A program made the position numbers and the translations under genes. The notes beneath the pieces are model-generated. The model worked only from the letters and a program-made list of their open reading frames with translations, did not search any database and had not been told where the DNA came from. Below, one piece after another: positions 52,101-64,000 of a DNA stretch of 64,000 bases. Location of the stretch: assembly GCA_965113315.1 (NCBI GenBank), contig OZ220365.1; one strand, 5' to 3'. Source of the stretch: Podarcis vaucheri. Lineage: Eukaryota. Every line of letters starts with the position of its first letter. Position 1 is the stretch's first letter.

Positions 52101-55100
52101 GCCGTTCAGTACCTTGAGGTTTACTGACCTTGCTGCCAAAATATTTCACACTTTGTAGAGGGGGGAAATATCTACAAATAGTGGTAAGGAGAGTTTGCAG
52201 AAACATTTACTTACATGCAACAATTAACAGAAACAATGATTACTAGGGAAAGCATTTTAGTGGGAGAATCCATTCTACTTTTGCGGCAAGCCAAATAAAC
52301 AGGGTTCAAAGAGCATAAGAATATAAGGGTCTGCTGGATTGAGTGCATCTAGTTCAACACCCTGTTCCTACAGTGGCTAATCAGATGTCTATGGGACGTC
52401 CACAAGCAGTACTGGCATACAGGGGCATATTGCCTCCAACACTGGGGAGAGAACATAGCCACAATGGCTTGTGGCCTTGATAGCCTTCTCCTCCATGCAT
52501 GTGCCTAATCTTCTGTTAAAGCCATGCCAACTTAGTGGCCATCACTGCATCTTGTAGAAGTGAGTTCCATAGTTGAACTAACATTGTTTTCTAAATGGCA
52601 TGCACGTTCCGAAGCATCCATGCCACAACACTAATCCAGAATATTCTCTCGCCATCTAAGTCAAGTGATGAATAGCCAGTGACTCGCTTGATATTATATT
52701 TGCCAACAGTTTTATTTGTCCCCGCTGCCAATTTATATCTGTAGCCACCACTTCATTTTTATGTATTTATAGATACCTAATGTATATCTCAAAACATGGC
52801 TCAAGTGCAGGACAAAAAACACAACACAAATGCAAAAAAAAGTCAAAAATAGCAGACATTTGAATCTGGTTAGTTGAATTGCATATATGTTCCTCTGACC
52901 CCTTTTGGATAACCTGGTATGACCGAAGAGTATTGTATTCATTTGTGCATGTTACATTGCATACCAAGGATCTTCAGGGGCTCTGATTCTAGACTTCGTT
53001 AAAGATCCCCATTTGCAAAAAAGGGAACAAGAAAATAGTTGACAATACGACAGACAAAATTCGTATATATGTATATATATTTATGATCTCAGAACTCCAA
53101 AACTTCAACATTAAGTGATGATTTGCAGGTGTAAAACAGCCACCACTAACAAGCACCAGAGTTTTTATATCAGTGCACATCATTTCAGACAATACCTTAT
53201 CAAAGCAGGCTGCCCCACATCAAATGCCGAATAACAGAGCAATGAAATAAATCACTGTGTATGAATCAGCTGTTAGTTCATATAATGATTTCAAACAGGT
53301 AGGAATAAAAGAACCTGACCGTCACTTCATCAAACCTGCCTGCCTGCCAGAAGCTGCCTGCTGAAATCCACCCACTAATCTCCCCATGTCAAACCCCTTT
53401 GCTATTAAGGCAACGCAAGCCCACCTCCTTTGATCTCACCTGTCAGAATTTTGTCAAGGTTCCATCCCAACACTGCGCAGCAGAGGTTCTCATTATCACA
53501 CTTGGCAGTTCACTTTGTCATATTTCTGTAGGTGGCACTGATGGCTATGATTAGCTGCGGAGCAGCCTGAATAGCTGGTTTATGTAACACCAGACACAGT
53601 TCACCACTGGCAATATGAGGTTTGAAGGTCTGAAACAGCTACTTATGACATCATGAAAAATACCAAAGAGGGTATAGGGAAATAAATTTGTGAATATTCA
53701 AGATCCAGAGAGTGAGCAAAACTAACTGGACTTTTGAACAGTTAATGGAAGCAAAAGGAGTGACCTATTAGCAGCAGAAGTGACACCGGAAGCTGATGTT
53801 TGTGACATCCCTGGACAGGAGAAGAAGGGCTTGTGGGTCTGGCTTATACCATTGCCTGCCTCTGTACTAAACCAAAAATAAATTGGCCACCAATTATTTA
53901 GTCTGTAGTCAAACACTTAATTGCATGGCACTACAGAGCAGAAAAATTACCCAAGCTTTTTGCTATGCTTCTAAAAAACAAATAAAGCACATATTTAAGG
54001 TTATCTACAGAGTATGTTGATACATTTGAAGCTGAACTCCAGTATTTCCTTTCCTGCTCTCAACAAGACAACTATTTGACTCAGCATGCAGTTATCTCTG
54101 TACTATAACACAACAGTCAACTTCGTGTAGCAGCTCATTCTGTATAATCTGAAGCTTTCACAGTAAAATGACAGGCTGGATCGACAGGCCCTCAGGCACA
54201 ATTCAGGTCCCTCAGATATTTGTGACAAATTAAGTGGTACACAGAAAGAAGGCTAAACTCACCAGGCAAAAAACTGTTTCTTATCAGACCCTAGCATACA
54301 TTCAGTGAAAGACAAAATTGTATTTATAATTTAATTTTATCTCCAGTTTTAAATATCACTGACATCAGAAGAAAACAGTCAGCTTCCTGAACTCACATTT
54401 TCTAATCAATGAAGTATCATATAACCACTAAACGTCTCTACTATTGTATGAATAAAACTGTAGAATAAACTCTCAGGGTGGTATTCAATGCTAGTCCTAT
54501 GCAGAGCAGACCCATTGAAATTAATGGAAATTACCAATTTAGTTTCGTTGATTACAATGGGTATACTCTGAGTAGGACTTGGTCGAACACAATCTTCATT
54601 CTGCAGTTACATCCAATTAAGGATGCTGATTTGCTTTGCTTTCAATTAACTGTTCTCATACACTTAATTGTCAACATATTTGTTGGCTTAGAATCTAGAG
54701 AGTAACCACATTTGGTTACGTTCCCCAAGGAAGAAAATGAATGTACAGCCCTCATGCTTTCAATGTAGGGCAGGGGTGTGGAACTTGTGACCCACCAAAT
54801 GTTGAAATCCAACCCTCATCATCCTTGATCATGCTGGCTAAGGCTGATGTGAACTGGAGTCCAACAACATCTGGAGGGCCACAGGTTCCCTACCCAAGTG
54901 TAGAAGCTCCCAGGTTCAGTCCCAACATCTGCAAGTAGGGCTGAGAAAGACTCATCTGAAACCCTGCAAAGCTAAATGGAGACCTGGTCTGATTTGGTAT
55001 AATCCTATATAAAAGGGTATGAGTACACTTATCCAAGGTTATCTCTTTATACTGGGCCCCCTTCACATTTTCTAGCATGTAGAACTGCTCAGGATTGGTG

Positions 55101-56678
55101 ATCCTCAGTGCTCATTGCCCCCATCCATCATGCCTGTTCACAGATACCAGATGCATCTGGAGAGGCCAGAAAAATCAGCATCCAAACTACAAAGAAAAGG
55201 AAGGTTCTGAAGACCTCTCTGACTTGGAAGCCTAAAAGTGCAGGAGCATGAGGCCAACTGAACCAACAAACCTATGTTGACCTTCAAGGGCTAATAAGAC
55301 TGTTTTTGAAATGTTTACTGCAATGTAGCAGTAATCCCCATTGAGTGGCGAGGGCAGAGTTGAAGCCTTTGTGTTACTAGGACAAATCAAACCTACTTCC
55401 AGGGCCAAGGCTCCTGTCACCAGGCTGAGTCTGCAGAATTTGTAAGGCTGTCAGCTGGCAGACTCCTCACCACACTGCTCCATCCCTGCAGTCTTTCAGT
55501 CTCTGGATGTATTAAATTAAATTTCTTCTTGTCATTTTGACTTTCACACCATGTGTGGCTTTTCTTATTTATAGCACATGTTCATATTTTGCTGAAAGCA
55601 AATGTTATCAAACAGCTACAAAAAAAACACCACCAGAAGCCTGTCGGCTGTCATTCCAACCCCCCTCCCACCCTCCTTAAAAACCAAAACCAGTTTCACT
55701 CAGCAACAAAGCAGAACTGAAAGCAAACCAAGCAGATTACATGTGCCCAGCACAGTTTTTGCATAAAATGAAGAACGGAAGACACATGTGTGTGAAAGTA
55801 ATTGTGTCTGTTGAAAGTTATGCCACAGTGACATTTGTTAGCCTTAAAGGACACTGATTTAGACTAAGATGGCAGAACTGAAGCCTACGTTTACTTCCAA
55901 AAGTTGCAATTCCCAAGGACTAAAGGGGACATTTGCAAGGTACACTACGCTTTGAAATCAGAAATATTACATTGCAGGATTCAGTTACAAGGTACATGCT
56001 TGCTCAAACAGATCACGGGACTAGCTTCCTATGAGGAATCTAGGGCTCCTGAGGATTCTCAGCAGATTTGCGATAGGAAATCTATTAAATCGTTTTTTCC
56101 CCCCTGCAATGCTTTTTGTTTTGCTGCAGTAGACTAAGCACAGCTACCCCTCAGTAAATTATTCACACAGAAAGACACAAGCATTCTGCAGGTCAGAGCC
56201 TGCCACAGACAAAAGTCTGTGACAATAAGACTGCCAGGAATGCAATCTCATCAGTGTGCTAAGTACAATTTTTTTAAAAAAAAAACAACAACCTGCAGAT
56301 GTTGTATAGATATCCAAGAAGGCAGCGTTCTTCAGTTCATTTGTTACAAGCACCCAATGCCATTTCAAATCTTGTGACCTTGAGACGAACTTCTGCATAG
56401 TAATTTTTAACCATAAAAAGCTAAATGGCTAACCAGTAATACTCATAATTGCTTGGGACTTTCAAGGGTATTCTGATAGAGCACCACACACCACACATTC
56501 ATCAGCAATTAGTGTTCCAAAACATTGCCCTGGGAAAGGAACTGGCCTTCTTTCTTCCTTTTTCTAACTTTGAAAATGCTTCATCTGCTGTGTTGAGTGG
56601 ATTTTGATGGAAATTAAGAGCTCCTTTCAGATCTGGGATGTCCAAGACCATGAGAAGTGAAATCATTTGGGCTAAACC

Positions 56679-56853
56679 CAGTGGCATAGCGTGGGTTGTC
56701 AGCACCCGGGGCAAGGCTAGTAATTTGTGCCCCCTAACCCATGAGAGAGCAAGTGAGCCAGGTAGGGGCAGAGAGCTGCGAGTGCAAGCCCCCCCCCCAG
56801 ATGTTGCACCCGGTGTGGCCGGCCCCCCCTGTACCCCCCACGCTACGCCACTG
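56679..56853. mobile_element. hAT MITE (CAGTGGCGTAG family) in an LRRC1 intron
   Basis: TIRs plus a perfect 8-bp TSD gctaaacc. Confidence 0.87.
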
Positions 56854-57074
56854 GCTAAACCACTAGACACAAGCCACAGCACATTGGACAGTAAATTACC
56901 ATTTCAGTTACAGACTGCTCTAACACACTTCCTTACTTCCTTATGTGCATTTATTTCCATCCACCTAGGTCCACTTATTTCAGGTTTTACTAGTCAGTGC
57001 AGTCCAAGCTCTCGCCCTACTACATTTCATTCTAGTTGAGAAATGGGGAACCTATGGCTCTCCATTTGTTATTA

Positions 57075-57305
<231 letters not shown>

Positions 57306-57839
57306 TTACCAATACCACCAGCTTTTCAATATGTGTTTACCTTTCAGAGCAGTTTGGAAATTCCAGGTGATACAGGTTGTTGAGATTTAAAGACTTAAGA
57401 TTCCAAGGTGTGTGAGCTCAATGAAGTTCTCGGGGTGAATGTGGTGGGGCAGATCAGAGCAAAGCAAGGTCATGTTTGCACTAACATGACCTTTGCCACC
57501 AATCCTCTGCTACAACCATGTGACTATGACCTCAATGCTGACTCAAACCTAACCCCATCCCAGCTAATGAGCAGTGATGACAGTGCCAAGAGAAATGCTC
57601 ACCACCACATACAGATTTACATATGAATAACCTGAGGATGAAGCCGCATGTAACAGAGTTAAGTAACTATGGTGTGCACTCTGTTTTTATGTTTGCGTCT
57701 TGTCTAGCGAATCAAAATGCTGCTGTGTCATTCAGGACCCTCCTTGCTTCCTCACCTCTGCAGCCATTACTGCTTTTGCCTTCTCCTCCTCCCCTTGCTT
57801 GAAAACACAATGTCCCAAGATCCAACACCATCCTAACTT

Positions 57840-58010
57840 GGGCACCCACCTGGAAGTGTCAGAAACAGCTGCCAACATAAGCAGCCCTATTTAGGGAAGC
57901 TTTTAATGTTTAACTGACCACTGTATTTTAATATTTTGTTGGAAGCCACCCAGAGTGGCTGGGGAAACCCAGCCAGAAGGGCGGGGTATAAATAAATTGT
58001 TGTTGTTGTT
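57840..58010 (+). mobile_element. LINE/SINE 3' tail (L2-like)
   Basis: ggaagccacccagagtggctggggaaacccagccagaagggcggggtataaataaa followed by (TTG)n. Confidence 0.65.
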
Positions 58011-58579
58011 TCCATTTTCTTTTTCTACACTGCCTTTATTTCCAGCACCAGGGACCTGAAAACACCTTTTGTGCACTATGGATTTCTACCTCCTCATTCC
58101 AATACCTTTAAAACATCTAGTTGATTTAAGAAACTTGCAAAATTATTAGGCGAGCTTTTGTGCCATAAGCAGGAGCAGTTCCCCTGATGCAGAGGTGGGT
58201 GGGTGGGTGGAGCTACAGCAATAGCATTTGCACAACCCCAACCTCATCGCTCCCAGTAAGTAGCAGTGACTATGCTGCTGGGAGGCTATTGCTGCTGCTC
58301 TGCCACACTGGGCAAATGGAGAATGTTGGAGGTTTTAAATTAAAGCCTCTCTCCCTCTGAAGATATAACCATCAGCTTACTATAGAGCATCTGCAATCAG
58401 ATATTCATTTGGGGAGATATGTGGACCCAAACCCTTTTAATCAAGGCTTTTCATTATGAGGTGAATGCATGTTAGGAAAAACTGGGTAGGGAAGGAAGAT
58501 AGAATGACACAGTAGTGAAGTCCTACCAGCCAATCTTGGCAAGTTTCTTAAATTTGGTACAGGTGTTCCTACACTAGAG

Positions 58580-58702
58580 CAGTGTTTCCCAAACTTGGGC
58601 CTCTAGCTGTTTTTGGACTACAACTCCCATCATCCCTAGCTAGCAAGAATGATGGGAATTGTATTCCAAAAACAGCTGGAGACCCGAGTTTGGGAAACAC
58701 TG
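58580..58702. mobile_element. Palindromic hAT MITE
   Basis: TIRs CAGTGTTTCCCAAACT / AGTTTGGGAAACACTG. Confidence 0.8.
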
Positions 58703-59199
58703 TGCTAGAATGTAATGATGGGACATTTCACCCAAGGAAGTAATAAGTAGCTTTTCCATCCCTGTGGTTTCTTAAATATGCAAGCAAAATAAACAAATAT
58801 ATAAATAAGCAGGGTAGGCAAAACATATTTATTAATCAAATGTGCTTTGGACCCTACTGGCCCTTCTTTGGGGAAATCAAGATCCAGTTCCATTTTTTGT
58901 GTGGGGGGGTTGTTCTCATTTCTGTTGCACTTTTCATACATGCCACAGATGGTTTCTGAATAATTTATTGTAACAAGCTAGATACAAGTAACAGCTGCTT
59001 AAAACTAAGTTTGTTCTCATTCTCTCTGTTAATCCCATATTTTCCCTAGACTACAGCCTCCATGGTATGCACAGTATGTGTTTAAGAAAGCACATTGAAG
59101 GGTACTAATTCGACTGTCTTATATTTTACTAGAGTAGTCATAAGTTGGAAAAACAAAGATGCTGCAGTGAAAATGAGTCAGGATGTGGCAAAAGGCTTA

Positions 59200-59439
<240 letters not shown>

Positions 59440-62400
59440 TCATTAGCAGGTATTCTAAAATACTTGAGGTGTGCCAGCAAAATTTTGTGGTGATGTTGTT
59501 TCTAATAAGGTCTTTTCAAAGATAATTATTTCAGGTATGTTTATAATCTAGAAAATGAAAAAAACAAAACTCCATGTGACTTTTATCTAAGTTTTTTTAT
59601 CCAAGTTCTTTAATGATAGCTGTTGCAGAACAGGAAAGGACAATATAATCAAGAACCATTGAGGTACACCTTCCATCAGATAAACTGAGAATAAAAGTTA
59701 TGAAGCAAAAATGTGCAAACAGCCTTCTAAGTGATTTATGTAAGATGATCAAGCCTGGCTACACCTGGCTTGCAATGTTTTTAGCCAATGAGTGAATTCA
59801 AAGCAGTGATGGATGAGTGAGTTGTTTAGATACCAGGATATAGGAATCACTGGGGTTTAATGGGGATTAGTCTTAGATTTCTTGTGAAAAAGCAACGGGA
59901 CAGTTCAAGATGGGAGGAGGGTTGTCATTATCAATGCAGATATAGGTAGACCACTATGTTTAAACTGTTGATTAAAACTTCTTAAAAATCAAATAATTGT
60001 AACACAATTACATTATTCAATGAAAACAAATTCCATTTTAAATTTATGCTAGTTATTTCAGTGGTTCTGCTGTGCAGCAAAACACCGAAAAGTAGGGAAA
60101 GGCTTTGTTTTTATTTTTAACTAAGCAATTAGGAAAAATGCTGACCGTATGCTTTTCCTTACTATTTCACCTGTAAAAGCAAAATAGTAAAAAGCTTTTT
60201 AAAATGAAGGAAGATTACTCTGTTGTCCACAGTCCCTTATTCGTGTCCGTTGTAGATCACGGGACCCTCCCCCCATGCCTACCCCAAAAAGCTCAACAAT
60301 TTATAGTGGGAGTAGATCTCAGTCTCTTGAAAGTTGGACATGCCTGCCTTATGGCACCACCTCTTTGGAATAAATCTTCTGTGCACACTTATCTGTGAGT
60401 AAGCTCAACTCAGAACAAGTGGGAGTTATGCATCCAACAAACACAGTAATCAGGCCAAATTAAGTTTGGTTAAAGCCACAGAGTTGTACCAATGTATATG
60501 TGTGTATGGGGGGGGGAGTCCTTTATAGTACAAACCTGCATCTCAGGTTAAAGGAAGCAACATTTGATGCATATTATACCAGCACTAAGTCTCTGTTTTT
60601 TTGCCATTTTATGGTAAGTTAAGTGAGTTTAAAATGTGAAACTGCCCATTTTCAGAGTAATTTCTTTTCGTTTAGCAAGGCTAGCAAACTGTCTTTTGCT
60701 TGTGTTTAGCTGACTACTGCAAAATTGTAGTTGCTATTTTTTTGTAGTTTATGAAAGCTTATGCCATAATAAATTTGTTAGGTACTTTAAGATACTTCAC
60801 AACTTGCTTTGTGTATTCGGTGCCGGGAGGGGAGACAACTACTTTGCAAACTGCGCCATGGCCCCCAATCACCTTATTCCAGCCTTGATTTCAATATACC
60901 CTCAACAACCCTGTAAAGTATGTTAAGCCAACAGAGGCAAGGCTACCCAGCAAGCTTCATAATGCAGCAGGGATTTGAATTCTGGTCTAATTCCATATTT
61001 CCATCCACTGGATATAAGACACAGGTGTAGAAATTCATGCATTTTTAGGATAGTTGCTTTTGGGGAGGGCAGTTTCATTTTTAATGCCGTGGCCACAGTG
61101 AGAGAGTCTGATGAAAGGTAATTAATGGCCTCATTCATAAGCCTCCAGTTGCCCTCTCCGTAATAGGTAATTGGTTATGTACCAATAAAAAATTGGCAAG
61201 GCACAGCGAGTAAAAAGGAAACTGCTGACTGACTGCTTTGGGCTATATCACCAAGAGTTAGAGTACTAAGGGCAGCAGCCAGGATGTTTAGCAAGTGGGA
61301 GGAAGGCAAGGACAAAGAGGGAGAGGCCTGGGCAGCACCAGACAAGATAAGGCAATCAAAATAAAGCTTGCGAAAATAGAGATATTACAGTGGGAAGAAT
61401 CTCATGTGAGATGTTTTCTTAAGAGTATTCCCTTACTGTACCTGAAAACCATTGTACTTGAGTTACTATTATTTTCATAGCAACATCAATATGTATAGTG
61501 CTTTAACTAAAGCAAAAAAATAAAACTAGGTCCCTGCCCCAGGAAGCCTGCTAGCAATAGTGGGAAAGGAAGAAATGTCGCAAAAGAAATGGATGCAACC
61601 AAATGAATTTGCAGCTATCACACTTCGTTTAAAAATGACCACAGGACATAAATGGATTTGAGAGGGAGAACCATGTTGGTATTCCAGAACAAAGCTACAG
61701 GCTCAAGTGGGAGAAAGATTTAACAGCCTGTATCATGGAAGACGCAGGAGTCTTTTGAGCAGATGAGGTAGCAGAGCAGAGAGTGACTAACTACAGTTTA
61801 CAAGTCCATCTGAGTCCAGACTAGCTAACATTAGTCTTAAGCACCAATTTACTAAAACGGAAGCAAGCTGTGGTTTATTATACTAGTTTGTTTTTATCTC
61901 TCACTTTTCCTCCCAGGATCTCAGAGTGGCATATATGATTCTTTTTCCTCCCTTGCTTTATTTTCAGGAAGTAGATTTGACTGAGAAAAACCAAATGGCC
62001 TAAGGACAACCAATGAGCTTCATGACTAAGTAGGGATTTGAACCTTGATTTCTCCCAGATCCTGGGCCAGACATTCTCTAACCCAGGCTTCCTCAACCTC
62101 GGCCCTCTAGATGTTTTTGGCCTACAACTCCCATGATCCCTAGCTAGTAGGACCAGTGGCCAGGGACGATGGGAAATGTAGTCTCAAAACATCTGGAGGG
62201 CTGGCTCTCTTCACAGCTTAAAGTTTGGATACAATACTAAATTGAGGATAGACAAAAGCAGAAGCTATTACTATTCTGCTTATGGCCCCGCCTGAGGAGG
62301 AAAGAGGCTGGAGAATACATGAGTCCAAGAGTCACACAAACTCAATCTTGCAACCCTAAACCAAGGGCTAGTGTTATGTGTAAATACAGCCAATGTACTG

Positions 62401-62540
62401 TGCTGTCCTTTACCAGCATTAGTCCAAAGCAGAAATTTCTTTGAGAAAGAAATTGTTCCATTGGAAATGTTTGGACTTGATTAAATTCTTGTTGCTCTAT
62501 TTTATTATTTTATTTTATTTTTTTAAAAAAACACTTTTCA

Positions 62541-62690
<150 letters not shown>

Positions 62691-63901
62691 CTACAAGACA
62701 AACATCTAAGTCATGTCTCAACATGCAGCACCCAGAGATCTGACAACTGCCCCATAACAAGATGCTTAACAGCAAAAGGGCAATTCCTCTCTGCCAGACG
62801 ACAACTCGTTTCTGATGATATCACAAGTGATTCACCAGTAAAATCTCTGTGTGCAATACCTAGCATGTGCTAACAGTCCAAGTTAATTTGCTGACTTATG
62901 AGTGTAGCCCAGCACTGCCAGCCAGTCATTCATTCAACAGTAGCCAACACCCAATTCTGAATACTATTCAAGGTGAAAGGGCTAAACATGTAAAAGCTTA
63001 GGCACACAATTAGTCAAATCAGTCCTTGCTGACTAAAGCTTCAGTATCAGTATATGGGGAACCTGCCTCTGCATTCCTTATAAGAAGAAATATGTCTAAC
63101 AGGGGGATATTTTAACTATTTAATCTCACTGAATTGTATACCAAGTTTTGCCATTATACCATCAATGTTTGGATTACAGTTAGCTGAAGATATGGGTGCT
63201 TTATGTTGAATTCTGCTCACATGCCAGTGAACCCGCACTATAAAATCCACACCTACACACATTTTCTCATGGTTCATCTCCCAAGTTATCAAAACACTCG
63301 TGTTGCTGAATCGGCACAGGTGGAAAGATAGCAGAAAGCAGACATTCCAAAACAGCAGCTCGCTCTTTCTATGTAGAGCATCTCTCACGTTCCTCATCTT
63401 CCAAACAGAAAACTGCGAAAAGCAGAGGTGGGCAACCTGGAGTTCAAGGGTCAAATGCAGCCCTCTAGGCCCCAAAGCATTCCCCACGCCTTACCCCCTC
63501 TGCTTGGGCAACACCTCTCGTCATCTTTAAATACATTTGATAAGTCTACTGCTTCTTGGATAGAGGGGTGTGAGGAGCTACAGAAACATCTGGCATTTGA
63601 GTAGCTGAAATGTAGCCTATTCTACAAAGGTAAGTGCCTCTATTCATTACGGTGCCCATTTTAGTCCCTGCCCACCTGCCCTAATGTTTGCCTCTGGTCA
63701 CACCCGCTTTTACCTTTGGCCCCCTTCCCTGGCATGTGACCACACCCACCCACAAGAAAGGTCAACCATGAGGAAATGAATCCATCAGACTGAAAAGGAT
63801 TCACCACTCTTTGGGGGGGGGGGCTTAATATCCTTGAGAGTCACCTACTTCCCCCTTGAGATTATCATGGCCCCTTCCACTTCCTTGCAGTTACATGACA
63901 C

Positions 63902-63991
63902 CATAGCTGTCAGCTTTCCCCGTTTCTTGCGAGGAATCCTATTTGGAATAAGGGAATTTCCCTTCAAAAAGGGGAAACGTTGGCAGCTATG
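63902..63991. mobile_element. 90-bp hAT-like MITE
   Basis: TIRs CATAGCTG / CAGCTATG with a perfect 8-bp TSD catgacac. Confidence 0.8.
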
Positions 63992-64000
63992 CATGACACA

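Overview
Vertebrate genomic DNA from a squamate reptile. The repeat complement (Sauria/Squam1 and Squam3 SINEs, CR1 and L2 fragments, hAT/Tc1/Harbinger MITEs) suggests a lacertid lizard. All recognised genes lie on the minus strand. The last seven coding exons and 3' UTR of LRRC1 (Lano) run from 62690 to about 43150 and include one GC-AG intron. Two early coding exons of MLIP lie at 3841-1482, and the gene continues off the left edge; this is the LRRC1-MLIP order known from mammals. Between the two (about 39.8-28.4 kb) is a chain of frame-compatible minus-strand exons that I cannot assign to a known gene. It encodes a low-complexity protein with a duplicated PSTPDSGP motif and ends in a terminal exon carrying a calcineurin-docking-like PxIxIT motif (PRIILT), an acidic tail and a stop codon overlapping AATAAA. 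Its 3' exons are phase 0, as are two orphan exons further downstream and the MLIP acceptor, so the chain could also be spliced into MLIP as a long N-terminal extension. Exon models were derived by eye from splice motifs and phase, with no transcript evidence. Almost all ORFs in the supplied track are spurious.
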